Source: Candidatus Eiseniibacteriota bacterium (GTDB taxonomy: Bacteria; Eisenbacteria; RBG-16-71-46). Taken from it: a DNA stretch of 64,000 bases. The notes beneath the pieces were generated by a model. It saw nothing but the letters and a program-made list of their open reading frames with translations. It was not told where the DNA came from and made no database searches. Below, in pieces: positions 1-10,952 of the stretch. The number at the start of each line of letters is the position of its first letter. Position 1 is the first letter of the stretch. A program made the position numbers and the translations under genes. The DNA is taken from positions 1,440,001 to 1,504,000 of the forward strand of contig OY970178.1 of the NCBI GenBank assembly GCA_963707915.1, written 5' to 3'.

Positions 1-124
1 CCTGCGCCGCGCGGTCGCCGGGGACTGGATCGTCGTGTTCGTGCACGACCCGGACGTGCCGGCGGCGCGCATCCGGGTGGACGAGCGGGGGCACTATGCG
101 GTCCGTGAAGCCGTCGCGCTGTGA
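1..124 (+). CDS. 3' end of a gene truncated by the window edge, possibly a YtnP-like MBL-fold metallo-hydrolase
   Basis: Frame 2 reads LRRAVAGDWIVVFVHDPDVPAARIRVDERGHYAVREAVAL* with TGA at 122-124. The W-x-x-x-F-x-HDP pattern resembles MBL-fold C-termini. Confidence 0.45.
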   Translation, partial: LRRAVAGDWIVVFVHDPDVPAARIRVDERGHYAVREAVAL

Positions 125-163
125 GCCGCGCGTGACGCGCGGCCGCTCGGAGGGCCGCCCCGC

Positions 164-1148
164 GTGAGCGGCGCCCCCACGGTCGGGCGTGGGCTCGACG
201 CGGCCCTCTGGGAGGCCTTCTCCCGGGGCAGCCGGGTGGCCTGCGCGCGGCTCATCAGCCTGGTCGAGGACCGGCCGGACCTCGTCCCGGAGATCCGGGA
301 CCACCTGGCCCCGCGCCGCGGCGGCGCGATCCGCGTCGGCATCACCGGCCCGCCGGGCGTGGGCAAGAGCACGGTCACCGCCGCGCTCGCGCGCCGCTCG
401 CTTGCGGCCGGCCACACGGTCGGCGTGATCGCCGTGGATCCCTCGAGCCCCTTCACCGGCGGGGCGTTCCTCGGCGACCGCGTGCGCATGCAGGGGCTGA
501 TCGGCGACGACCGCGCCTTCATCCGCTCGATGGCGAGCCGCGAAGGCCACGGCGGCCTCTCCCCCGCCACGCCTCACGCGGCCGAGGTCTTCGACGCGTT
601 CGGGATGGACCGCATCTTCATCGAGACCGTCGGGGTCGGGCAGGCGGAGCTGGACGTGATGACCTGCACCGACCTGATCGTGCTCGTGCTGCAGCCCGGC
701 ACCGGGGACGTCATCCAGGCCCTCAAGGCCGGCATCATCGAGGCCGCCGACCTGCTGCTGGTCAACAAGTCCGACCTGCCGGGCGCCGAGACGCTGCTCG
801 ACTCGCTGCGCTTCCTCTACGAGATCGGCGGCCGTCCCGGGGACGTCGCCGCCCCGCCGGTGCTGACCGCCTCCGCGCTCCAGGACCAGGGCCTCGACGA
901 GGTCTCCGCCGGGATCGAGCGGTTGATCGAGCAGCACTCCACGTCCGGGCGGTTCCGCGACCGGCAGCGGCAGCGGCTCGAGGCGGACCTCAAGGCCGCG
1001 ATCCAGCAGGACCTGTGGGAGCGCTTCTCGGGCCTGACCGACGCGCCCGCGCGATTGCGGGCCGCGGCGGAGGCCCTGCTCGACGACGGCCGATCGCCCT
1101 ACCCCTTCATCCGCGCCATCGGCGCCCGTGTCCGAATGGAGATCGACG

Positions 1149-1162
<14 letters not shown>
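164..1162 (+). CDS. meaB: MeaB/ArgK-family GTPase chaperone of B12-dependent acyl-CoA mutase
   Basis: GITGPPGVGKST, AVDPSSPFTGGAFLGDRVRM, ETVGVGQAE and NKSD motifs; overlaps the mutase start. Confidence 0.93.
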
Positions 1163-2801
<1,639 letters not shown>

Positions 2802-2850
2802 TCGTAGCCGATCCTCGCCAGAGGGCGATCATCCGCGAAGGGAGCGCACG

Positions 2851-3258
2851 ATGGGCGTCGAGAAGATCAAGGTCGTCATCGCGAAGCCGGGGCTCGACGG
2901 CCACGACCGCGGGGCCAAGGTGGTCGCGCGCGCGCTGGTCGAGGCCGGGATGGAGGTCGTCTACCTCGGCCTGAGGCAGACGCCGGAGTCGGTCGTCAGC
3001 GCCGCGATCGAGGAGGACGCCGACGTCATCGGCCTCTCGATCCTCTCGGGCGCGCACATGACGCACTTCGTCCGGATCAAGCAGTTGATGGACGAGAAGG
3101 GCCTCGGCGACCGCCTGCTCACTGGCGGCGGCATCATCCCCACCGCGGACCAGGAGAAGCTGACCGCCCTCGGCGTGGGCCGCGTCTTCGGTCCCGGCGA
3201 CGACCCGCAGGCGATCGTCGAGTACATCCGCGGGTGGCACGCGGGGCGGAAGGGGTGA
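2851..3258 (+). CDS. Cobalamin-binding small subunit of acyl-CoA mutase (IcmB/MCM C-terminal domain)
   Basis: [12 protein letters not shown] (DxHxxG) and SILSGAH motifs; RBS-like GGGAG upstream. Confidence 0.92.
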   Translation: MGVEKIKVVIAKPGLDGHDRGAKVVARALVEAGMEVVYLGLRQTPESVVSAAIEEDADVIGLSILSGAHMTHFVRIKQLMDEKGLGDRLLTGGGIIPTADQEKLTALGVGRVFGPGDDPQAIVEYIRGWHAGRKG

Positions 3259-3341
3259 GCGGGCGCCGGGGCTGACTCCGCTGCCAGAGTCGGCGCACGG
3301 CTTCGGGACGCGAAACGCGGAGCGGGACCTCGACGGCGGTC

Positions 3342-5777
3342 CTAGTTCAGGAGCACGACCCGGCGCGCCGCGCTCGTCCCGGGGCCGACGAGCCGGACGA
3401 AGTACACGCCCGCGCCCAGCCTTGCGCCGGAGTCGCTGACACCATCCCAGGAGGCCACCCCGGCCCCGCCCGGGCTCTCGCGGTCCACGAGCCGCCGCAC
3501 CCTGCGACCGCCGGCATCGTAGACGTCCAGCCGCACGCGGCCCGCGCGGGCGACGGAGTAGCGCACCGCGATCGACCCGCGCGCGGGGTTCGGCACCGGC
3601 TGACCGATGAAGCCCGCGAGCACGGGTGGCCCGCCGTCGTCCACGGCGGCGGCCGTGCTCCATTCGAGCGCAAGTACGTCGGCGAAGTAGAATGAGCCGT
3701 CGAATCCCCCGCAGACCAGCATGCGGTCCCGTACCGTGTCGTAGGCGGCGCCGTGCGAGACGCGCGCGTTCGGCAGCGTGCCGGTGGGCGCCAGTTGCGT
3801 CCACGCCGGCGTACCCGAGAGCGCGAGCGCCCAGACATCGTCGTAGGCGGCACCCGTGATGCCGTCGTTCCCCCCGAAGACGATCATGCGATCGCGCACC
3901 GGGTCGTAGATCGCCGTGTGCGCCCTGCGCCCGATCGGCGGGGTGCCGGTGGGCGTTATTGCCGTCCAGGTCGGCGTGTCCGAGAGCGAGAGCGCCCAGA
4001 CGTCGTTCAGGTAGGCGCCGGTGGCGCCTTCGTTCCCGCCAAAGACGATCATGCGATCGCGCACCGGGTCGTAGATCGCGCTGAGATACGTCCGCGCGCC
4101 CGGCGGCATCGCCGAAGGCGCCAGCAATTGCGTCCACGCCGGCGTGCCCGCCAGCGGGAGAGCCCAGACGGAGTTGCCCGGACCGGGGAAGAGGATCATG
4201 CGATCACGCACCGGGTCGTAGATCGTGCTGTGGGCATAGGATCCGCCCCACGGCACGGACGTCGTTTGCGTCCAGGCCGGAGGGTCGGTCAGCGACAGCA
4301 CCCAGACGTCGGTCAGAAGGACGCCAAAGGCGTCGAGCCCACCGGATATGACCATGCGCTGGCGAAGGGGATCGTACATCGCGGAGTGGAGCCAGCGCGC
4401 GCTCGGCGGCGTGCCGGTCGGAGCCTGCAGGCTCCAGCCCGGTTCGGAGCCGAGCGACAGGGTCCAGACGTCGTTCGGATACGTGTAGGACCCCGGGCGA
4501 CCACCGAATACCACCAGCCGGTCGCCGACCGGGTCCGCGATCATGCTCGCCCCCGTGCACTGCCTCGGGCCCAGGCGGGTCCAGGTCTGGGGGTCCGCCA
4601 GGGAGAACGCCCCGAAGTCGTCGAGGAACTGGGAACTGCCCCTGCCGCCGAACACCACCATCCGGTCGCCAGCCGGATCATAGATCGCGGCGTGGTCGTA
4701 GCGCGGGAGGATGCACCCGTCCGACGGAACGCAGACGGACTGCTGCAGCGTCGTCCAGGAGGGCGGGTCCGCCAGGGACAGCGCCAAGGTGACCACGTAG
4801 ACCACCGAGGAGCTGCGTCCACCGAAGACGACCATGCGATCCCGCACCGGGTCGTAGACCGCGACGGTCGCGTAGCGCCCGCTGGGACTCGTGCCGGACG
4901 GCGTCACCACCGACCAGGCGGGTGCGCCCCCGAGCGACAGCGCCCAGACGTCGTTGAGATCGGCCGACCCGGTCGTCCCCCCGAAGAGCACCATGCGATC
5001 CCGGACCGGATCGAAGATCGCGCTCATGAATCTCCGGGCGACCGGCGGCGTGCCGGTGGGCGACAACTGGGCCCAGGCTGGCGTCCCCGCCAGTGACAAC
5101 GCCCAGACCTCGTTGTTCAGCGGCTCGCCCCCGAACAGGACCATGCGGTCGCTCCCCGGATCGTAGACCCCCACCTGCGCGCACCGGCCGCCCGGCGGCG
5201 TGCCGGTCGGAGCGAGTTGCGTCCAGGTCGGCGGATCCTCCCCCAGCGAAAGGGCCCAGACGTCGGCGAGGTAGAGCCCGTCACCACCCTGCCGGGTCCA
5301 TCCTCCGAACACCAGCAGGCGATCACGCACCGGGTCGTAGACCGCGCTGTGGCCCCGGCGGACGGGCGGCGGGGTCCCCGCGGTGACCAGCGGGAGGCAA
5401 CGCGGCGGCCCCGCCAGGGGCAACACCCACACGTCGTTGAAGAGCGTGGTCTCGGCGACCGCAGACCATCCCCCGAACACGATCATGCGCTGGCGCACCG
5501 GATCGAAGGTGGCGCTGTGCCGTGCGCGTCCGGAGATGGTCAGCCGGGTCCACCCGCCATCCGCCTCGGTCGTTGTCGCCGCGCGCGCGGCGCGGGAAAC
5601 TGTTGCGCGGGAGATCGCGCCCCCGACCGGCGGCGCCCAGTCCTCGGAGAAGGCCGCCGCCCGCCCGGGCAACGAATCCGCGCCCCCCTGGGCGTGGACG
5701 GGTCCCGGGATCGCGAGCGCGAGGACCAGGGCGGGAAGGAACCGGGGGACTGGATGGATGCGCCGAGACCATCTCAT
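3342..5777 (-). CDS. Secreted Kelch-repeat beta-propeller protein with C-terminal FlgD-Ig/T9SS-like domain
   Basis: Signal peptide (…LALAIPGPVHA); 12 repeats of YDPVRDRMxVFGG…NDVWAL; C-terminal PNP…YDAGGRRVRRL…WDG…GVYFVRL; GGAGG before ATG 5777. Confidence 0.85.
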   Translation of the reverse strand: MRWSRRIHPVPRFLPALVLALAIPGPVHAQGGADSLPGRAAAFSEDWAPPVGGAISRATVSRAARAATTTEADGGWTRLTISGRARHSATFDPVRQRMIVFGGWSAVAETTLFNDVWVLPLAGPPRCLPLVTAGTPPPVRRGHSAVYDPVRDRLLVFGGWTRQGGDGLYLADVWALSLGEDPPTWTQLAPTGTPPGGRCAQVGVYDPGSDRMVLFGGEPLNNEVWALSLAGTPAWAQLSPTGTPPVARRFMSAIFDPVRDRMVLFGGTTGSADLNDVWALSLGGAPAWSVVTPSGTSPSGRYATVAVYDPVRDRMVVFGGRSSSVVYVVTLALSLADPPSWTTLQQSVCVPSDGCILPRYDHAAIYDPAGDRMVVFGGRGSSQFLDDFGAFSLADPQTWTRLGPRQCTGASMIADPVGDRLVVFGGRPGSYTYPNDVWTLSLGSEPGWSLQAPTGTPPSARWLHSAMYDPLRQRMVISGGLDAFGVLLTDVWVLSLTDPPAWTQTTSVPWGGSYAHSTIYDPVRDRMILFPGPGNSVWALPLAGTPAWTQLLAPSAMPPGARTYLSAIYDPVRDRMIVFGGNEGATGAYLNDVWALSLSDTPTWTAITPTGTPPIGRRAHTAIYDPVRDRMIVFGGNDGITGAAYDDVWALALSGTPAWTQLAPTGTLPNARVSHGAAYDTVRDRMLVCGGFDGSFYFADVLALEWSTAAAVDDGGPPVLAGFIGQPVPNPARGSIAVRYSVARAGRVRLDVYDAGGRRVRRLVDRESPGGAGVASWDGVSDSGARLGAGVYFVRLVGPGTSAARRVVLLN

Positions 5778-5940
5778 GGTGCCTCCGAGGATGAGGCCCA
5801 GACGGACCGTTGGGGCGCGAGCGAGAGCCGCGCCGGACCCTATTCTACACCCTGGAGCCACCGCTTCCATCACCGCTCTGCCCCTGCGGCCGCCGGCTGG
5901 CCACGGTCGGGTCGCTCGCCGCCCCTCCCGCGCCCCGCCC

Positions 5941-7083
5941 CTACTCCGCCAGCAGCGCCCTCGCGATGACGACCCGCTGGATCTCCGAGGTGCCCTCGTA
6001 GATCTCGGTGATGCGCTGGTCGCGGTAGAGCCGCTCCACCTTGTAGTCCTTCATGTAGCCGTAGCCGCCGTGGATCTGGAGCGACTTGTGGCAGACGCGG
6101 TGCGACATCTCCGAGGCGAAGAGCTTGGCGATGGCGGACTCCTTGGTGTGCTTCTGCCCGGCGTCCTTCATCCCGGCGGCGCGGTAGAGCATGGTCTTCG
6201 CCACCTCGACGTCCACCGCCATGTCGGCCAGCATGAACTGCAGCGCCTGGAAGTCGGCGAGGTGGTGGCCGAACTGGCTCCGCTCCTTGGCGTACTTCAC
6301 GGCCTCGTCCAGCGCGGCCTCGGCGATGCCCACGGCCTGCGCCGCGATGCCGATGCGCCCGCCGTCGAGCGTGGCCAGCGCCACGTTGAGGCCCTTGTTC
6401 TCGGTCCCGAGCAGGCTGCCGGCCGGCACGCGGCAGTCGGTGTAGACCATCTCGGTGGTGCTCGAGGTGCGGATGCCGAGCTTGTTCTCGTGCTTGCCGA
6501 CCGCGAAGCCGGGAACGTCGCTGCGCAGCAGGAACGCCGAGATGCCCTTGGCGCCCTTGCCCGGGTCGGTCTGGAAGAACGCGATGACGACGTCGGCGAA
6601 GCCGCCGTTGGTGGTGAAGTTCTTGGTCCCGTTCAGCACGAACGATTCGCCGTCGCGCACCGCGTTCGCGCGCAGCGAGCCGGGATCGCTGCCCGCGCCG
6701 GCCTCGGTCAGCGAGAAGGCGCCGAGCCACTCGCCGCTGGTCAGCTTGGGCAGGAACTCGCGCTTCTGCGCGTCGGTGCCGAACTTCATGACGGCGTCGT
6801 TGACCAGCGAGTTCTGCACGGACACCGCCACCGCGGTGCCGGCGTCCACCTTGCTCAGCTCGATCATCGCCCCGACGTACGCCACCGCGCCCAGCCCGGT
6901 GCCGCCGAACTCCTCCGGCACGGTCATGCCGAGGAACCCGAGGTCGCCCAGCTCGTGGATGGCCTCGAGGTTGCACTCCTGCTTCTCGTCCAGCGCTTCG
7001 ACCTTGGGCGCGAGCGTCTGCTCGGCGAACTTCCGCGCCTCGTCGAAGACCATCCGCTGCTCTTCGGTGAATTCGAAGTCCAT
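5941..7083 (-). CDS. Acyl-CoA dehydrogenase (short/branched-chain type)
   Basis: MDFEFTEEQ start, FSLTEAGAGSD, LNGTKNFTTNG, ERLYRDQRITEIYEGTSEIQR. Confidence 0.95.
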   Translation of the reverse strand: MDFEFTEEQRMVFDEARKFAEQTLAPKVEALDEKQECNLEAIHELGDLGFLGMTVPEEFGGTGLGAVAYVGAMIELSKVDAGTAVAVSVQNSLVNDAVMKFGTDAQKREFLPKLTSGEWLGAFSLTEAGAGSDPGSLRANAVRDGESFVLNGTKNFTTNGGFADVVIAFFQTDPGKGAKGISAFLLRSDVPGFAVGKHENKLGIRTSSTTEMVYTDCRVPAGSLLGTENKGLNVALATLDGGRIGIAAQAVGIAEAALDEAVKYAKERSQFGHHLADFQALQFMLADMAVDVEVAKTMLYRAAGMKDAGQKHTKESAIAKLFASEMSHRVCHKSLQIHGGYGYMKDYKVERLYRDQRITEIYEGTSEIQRVVIARALLAE

Positions 7084-7127
7084 GGTGGTGCTCCCCCGCG
7101 GCCGGATGGAGTGGTTGGAGTCTCGGA

Positions 7128-8432
7128 CTAGTCCAGGCGTTCGATGATCAGTTGCGGGGCCGCGGCCGGCCCGTCGCCGATGCGGAAACAGGCCCGGGCG
7201 CGCTCGACCGCGCCCGCGTCGTCCTTCGCCAGGTGCAGCTCGGCGAGGACGTCCCCGGCGGCCAGGCGGTCGCCGATGCGCCGGCGGACCATCAGGCCCA
7301 CGCGCGGGTCCACCTCGTCCTCCTTGGCGCGCCGGCCGCCCCCGATGCCCACCACCAGCTCGCCCAGCGCGAAGCTGTCCACCGCCTCGAGCACGCCGGC
7401 GCGCCCGGCGGTGACGGGCAGCACGACCGGGGCCGCGGGCATGCCGCCGGCGCGCTCGACACTGGCGGGATCGCCGCCCTGCGCGCGCACCATCTCGACG
7501 AAACGTTCCCACGCGGCGCCCGAATCGAGCGCCTGCTCCGCGCGCTTCGCGGCCTCGGCCACGGTCGCCGCGCCCGAGAGGCTCAACATCAGCGCCGCGA
7601 GTTCGAGCGTCAGCGCGCGCACGTCGGCGGGACCGCCGCCGCGCAGCACGGCGATGGTCTCGGTCACCTCGAGCGCATTGCCCACCGCCACGCCCAGCGG
7701 CTGGTTCATGTCGGTGACCCGCGCGGCCGCCTTGCGGCCGAGCGAGCGCGTGACCGAGATCAGGCGGCGCGCGAGGTGGACGGCGTCCTCGCGGGTCTTC
7801 ATGAACGCGCCGCTGCCGCACTTGACGTCGTAGACCAGCGCGCCGGCGCCCTCCGCCACCTTCTTGCTCACGATGCTCGGCACGATGAAGTATTCGCGCT
7901 CGACCGTGGAGGTCACGTCGCGCAGCGCGTAGATCAGGCCGTCGGCCGGCGCCAGGTCGGGCCCCTGCCCGACCATGACCACCCCGATGCGGCCGAGCTG
8001 GGCGCGCATCGCGTCGGGCTCGAGGAAGGTGCGGAAGCCGGGGATGGACTCGAGCTTGTCGAGCGTGCCGCCGGTGTGGCCAAGCCCGCGCCCCGAGACC
8101 ATCGGCACCAGCACGCCGCAGGCAGCGACCAGCGGCGCGAGGATCAACGAGATCTTGTCGCCCACCCCGCCGGTCGAGTGCTTGTCGGCCGACGGCCGGC
8201 CGAGGTCCTGCCAGTCGAAGACCCGCCCCGAGTGCAGCAGCGCCAGGGTCAGCGCCTCGGTCTCGGCCTCGTCGAGGCCGTTCAGGTAGGCCGCCATGAG
8301 CCACGCGCTCACCTGGTAGTCGGGGATCTCGCGACGCAGGTAGGCCGCGATGAACTCCCGCACATCGGCGGCGGCGTGCACGCGGCGGTCGCGCTTGGCG
8401 CGGATGAACTCGCGGGGGTCGAGCTGCGGCAT
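7128..8432 (-). CDS. pdp: Pyrimidine-nucleoside/thymidine phosphorylase
   Basis: DKHSTGGVGDKISL, SGRGLGHTGGTLDKLESIPG and DVKCGSGAFMK motifs; TGATG coupling to deoC. Confidence 0.93.
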   Translation of the reverse strand: MPQLDPREFIRAKRDRRVHAAADVREFIAAYLRREIPDYQVSAWLMAAYLNGLDEAETEALTLALLHSGRVFDWQDLGRPSADKHSTGGVGDKISLILAPLVAACGVLVPMVSGRGLGHTGGTLDKLESIPGFRTFLEPDAMRAQLGRIGVVMVGQGPDLAPADGLIYALRDVTSTVEREYFIVPSIVSKKVAEGAGALVYDVKCGSGAFMKTREDAVHLARRLISVTRSLGRKAAARVTDMNQPLGVAVGNALEVTETIAVLRGGGPADVRALTLELAALMLSLSGAATVAEAAKRAEQALDSGAAWERFVEMVRAQGGDPASVERAGGMPAAPVVLPVTAGRAGVLEAVDSFALGELVVGIGGGRRAKEDEVDPRVGLMVRRRIGDRLAAGDVLAELHLAKDDAGAVERARACFRIGDGPAAAPQLIIERLD

Positions 8433-9385
8433 CAGTAGCCCTTCCCTTCGTTCTTCTCGCCCCGCACGATCTTCACACCGGCGGAAGCGCCGATGCGGGT
8501 GGCCCCGGCCGCGACCAGCGCCTCGGCGTCCTCCTTGGTGCGCACTCCGCCCGAGGCCTTCACGCCCATCTCGGGCCCCACGGTCTCGCGCATCAACTCG
8601 ATGTCCTCGACCGTGGCACCGCCGCCGGCGAAGCCGGTGGAGGTCTTGACGAAGTCGGCGCCCGCGGCCTTGGCCAGGCTGCAACCCATGATCTTCTCCT
8701 CGCGGGTCAGCAGGGAGGTCTCGAGGATCACCTTGACCAGGGCCTTCGGCGCGGCGGCCTGCACCACGCCGCGGATGTCCTGCTCGACCAGGGCGTAGTC
8801 CTTGGACTTCATCGCCCCGATGTTGATGACCATGTCCACTTCCTCGGCGCCCTGCTCGACCGCGCGGCGGGTCTCGTACGCCTTGACGTCGGGCGCGTGC
8901 GCCCCGGAGGGGAAGCCGATCACCGTGCACACCTTGGCCGCGCTGCCCTTGAGCAGGTCGTGGCAGAGCGGCACCCACACCGGGTTCACGCACACCGAGG
9001 CGAAGCTGAACTGCGCCGCCTCCTGGCACATCTTCTCGATGTCCGCGCGCGTCGCGTCGGGCTTGAGCAGGGTGTGGTCGATGAGCGAGGCGAGCCCGTC
9101 CGAGCCCGGGGAGTACCCGGTGGTCGCGACCACGCGCGAGGCGCCGGCCTCGTGCAGGGCGCGGGTGTGCTCGGGCCCGCTCGAGGTGGAGACGCCGAAC
9201 AGCCGGTAGCGGTCGGCGGTCGCGGGGTCCGCGTCCTGCACCGCGTGGGTCGCGCGCCAGGCGGCCGCGTCGCGCGGCGCCGCGGGGGGGCTCCCCGCGC
9301 CCGCGGCGGGCGCGGGCCCGCCCTTCAGCGCCTGCAGCACCTGCCGGGTGATCAACTCGACCAGGTCATCGCGTTCGCGGCTCAT
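8432..9385 (-). CDS. deoC: Deoxyribose-phosphate aldolase with a ~95-aa N-terminal extension
   Basis: [35 protein letters not shown] and [10 protein letters not shown] motifs; ATG 9385 overlaps the cdd stop. Confidence 0.95.
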   Translation of the reverse strand: MSRERDDLVELITRQVLQALKGGPAPAAGAGSPPAAPRDAAAWRATHAVQDADPATADRYRLFGVSTSSGPEHTRALHEAGASRVVATTGYSPGSDGLASLIDHTLLKPDATRADIEKMCQEAAQFSFASVCVNPVWVPLCHDLLKGSAAKVCTVIGFPSGAHAPDVKAYETRRAVEQGAEEVDMVINIGAMKSKDYALVEQDIRGVVQAAAPKALVKVILETSLLTREEKIMGCSLAKAAGADFVKTSTGFAGGGATVEDIELMRETVGPEMGVKASGGVRTKEDAEALVAAGATRIGASAGVKIVRGEKNEGKGY

Positions 9386-9786
9386 CACTTCCTCAGGTCG
9401 GCGAGGTTGAAGGCGCTCGGCAGCAACTCGGCGAGCTTGCGCTTGAGGATGTGCCCGCGTGCGTCGCGCCAGTAGACCCACATGTTGGGCGCGAACTCGT
9501 GCAGCACCTGGCGGCACGAGCCGCAGGGCGGTGCGCCGCGGCCGTCGCGGGCGGTCACGGCGATGGCGGCGAAGTCGGTCACGCCCTCGCTCACCGCCTT
9601 CCACACCGCGTTGCGCTCGGCGCAGATGGTGAGCCCGTAGGAGGCGTTCTCCACGTTGCAGCCGAGGTAGACGCGGCCCTTCTTGGTGAGCAGCGCCGCG
9701 CCGACCGCGAAGCGCGAATAGGGCGCGTAGGCGCGCTTGCGCGCCTTCACCGCCTCCGCCATCAGCGCCTTGGGGGTCATGCTCAT
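9385..9786 (-). CDS. cdd: Cytidine deaminase
   Basis: [32 protein letters not shown] and PCGSCRQ motifs. Confidence 0.95.
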   Translation of the reverse strand: MSMTPKALMAEAVKARKRAYAPYSRFAVGAALLTKKGRVYLGCNVENASYGLTICAERNAVWKAVSEGVTDFAAIAVTARDGRGAPPCGSCRQVLHEFAPNMWVYWRDARGHILKRKLAELLPSAFNLADLRK

Positions 9787-10949
9787 GAGCGCACCTCCTT
9801 GAGGAAGCTCCGGCCGGACGCGGACCACGCCACGCCGAACGCCTCGGCGATGGTGGCCGCCACGTCGGCGGAGGTTTCGCGCGTGCCGAGGTCGGCGCCT
9901 GCGCGCACGCGCGGGCCCGCCCCGAGCAGCAGCGCATACTCACGGGAGTGGTCCGTGCTGACGTCGGTCGGATCGTTGCCATGGTCCGCGGTGATCAGGC
10001 ACATCTCGTCGCTCCTCAGGTGGGCCCGCAGCTCCCCGAAGCGCTCGTCGAACTCCTCGAGCGCGCGGGCGAAGCCGATGGGATCGCTGCGATGGCCGTA
10101 CTGCTGGTCGAAGTCCACCAGGTTGGCGAACACCAGGCCGCGCCCGCTCCTGCGGACCAGCCCGGCCAGGGCCTCCTGCCCCTCGGCGTTGCTCTTCGTG
10201 TGCAGCGACTCGCTGACGCCGCGGCCCGCGAACAACTCGTCCACCTTGCCCACGGTGACCACCGGCTCGCCCCGCGCGACCAACTGGTCGAGCAGCGTGG
10301 GCTTCGGGGGCTCGAGCGAGAAGTCCCGCCGCCGCGGGGTGCGCCGGTAGTTCCCGGGCTCGCCGGTGAAGGGCCGCGCGATGACGCGGCCGACACCGTG
10401 CTCGCCCTCGAGCAGCACGCGTGCGCGCCGGCAGGCCTCGTAGAGCTCCTCGAGCGGCACGGTGTCCTCGTGCGCCGCCACCTGGAAGACGCTGTCGGCC
10501 GAAGTGTACACGATGTACCGGCTGGTCCGTTGGTGCTCCTCGCCGTAGCGCGCGATGACGTCCGTGCCGGAGCCCACGACGTTCGCCATCCAGCCGCGGC
10601 CGACCCGCCGGACCCAGCGGTCGAGCAGCGCGTCCGGGAAGCCCTGCGGGTAGGTCGGGAAGGCCCGCTCGGTGATGTGCCCCGCCAGCTCCCAGTGCCC
10701 GACCGTGCTGTCCTTGCCCTTGGAGAGCTGTCCCACGCGGCCGCGCGCCCCGGCCGGGTCCGCGACGGCGCGCACGCCCGGCAGGTCGAGCAGGCGCCCG
10801 AGTCCCAGCTTCTCGAGCTGCGGGAGCCGGAGCCCGCCGGCCGCCTGCGCCACGTGCAGCAGCGTGTTGGTGCCGACGTCGCCGTACTCGGCCGCGTCCG
10901 GCAAGGCTCCGACCCCGACCCCGTCCAGGATGATGAGGAAGATACGCAT
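9783..10949 (-). CDS. deoB: Phosphopentomutase
   Basis: [47 protein letters not shown] and DHSRE motifs. Confidence 0.95.
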   Translation of the reverse strand: MRIFLIILDGVGVGALPDAAEYGDVGTNTLLHVAQAAGGLRLPQLEKLGLGRLLDLPGVRAVADPAGARGRVGQLSKGKDSTVGHWELAGHITERAFPTYPQGFPDALLDRWVRRVGRGWMANVVGSGTDVIARYGEEHQRTSRYIVYTSADSVFQVAAHEDTVPLEELYEACRRARVLLEGEHGVGRVIARPFTGEPGNYRRTPRRRDFSLEPPKPTLLDQLVARGEPVVTVGKVDELFAGRGVSESLHTKSNAEGQEALAGLVRRSGRGLVFANLVDFDQQYGHRSDPIGFARALEEFDERFGELRAHLRSDEMCLITADHGNDPTDVSTDHSREYALLLGAGPRVRAGADLGTRETSADVAATIAEAFGVAWSASGRSFLKEVRS

Positions 10950-10952
10950 GTC

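Noticed and set aside
3700..5520. Regularly spaced DNA repeats (ACCGGGTCGTAGA…, GCCCAGACGTCG…) as a possible CRISPR or non-coding array
   Set aside because: They are degenerate, in frame, and explained by Kelch protein repeats; there are no cas genes.
5941..9982. Apparent fusion ORFs in the track (787 aa, 633 aa, 516 aa; similarly 1105-1118 aa in the nuo operon)
   Set aside because: They are N-terminal over-extensions through the upstream gene; true starts are marked by RBS or stop/start overlaps.
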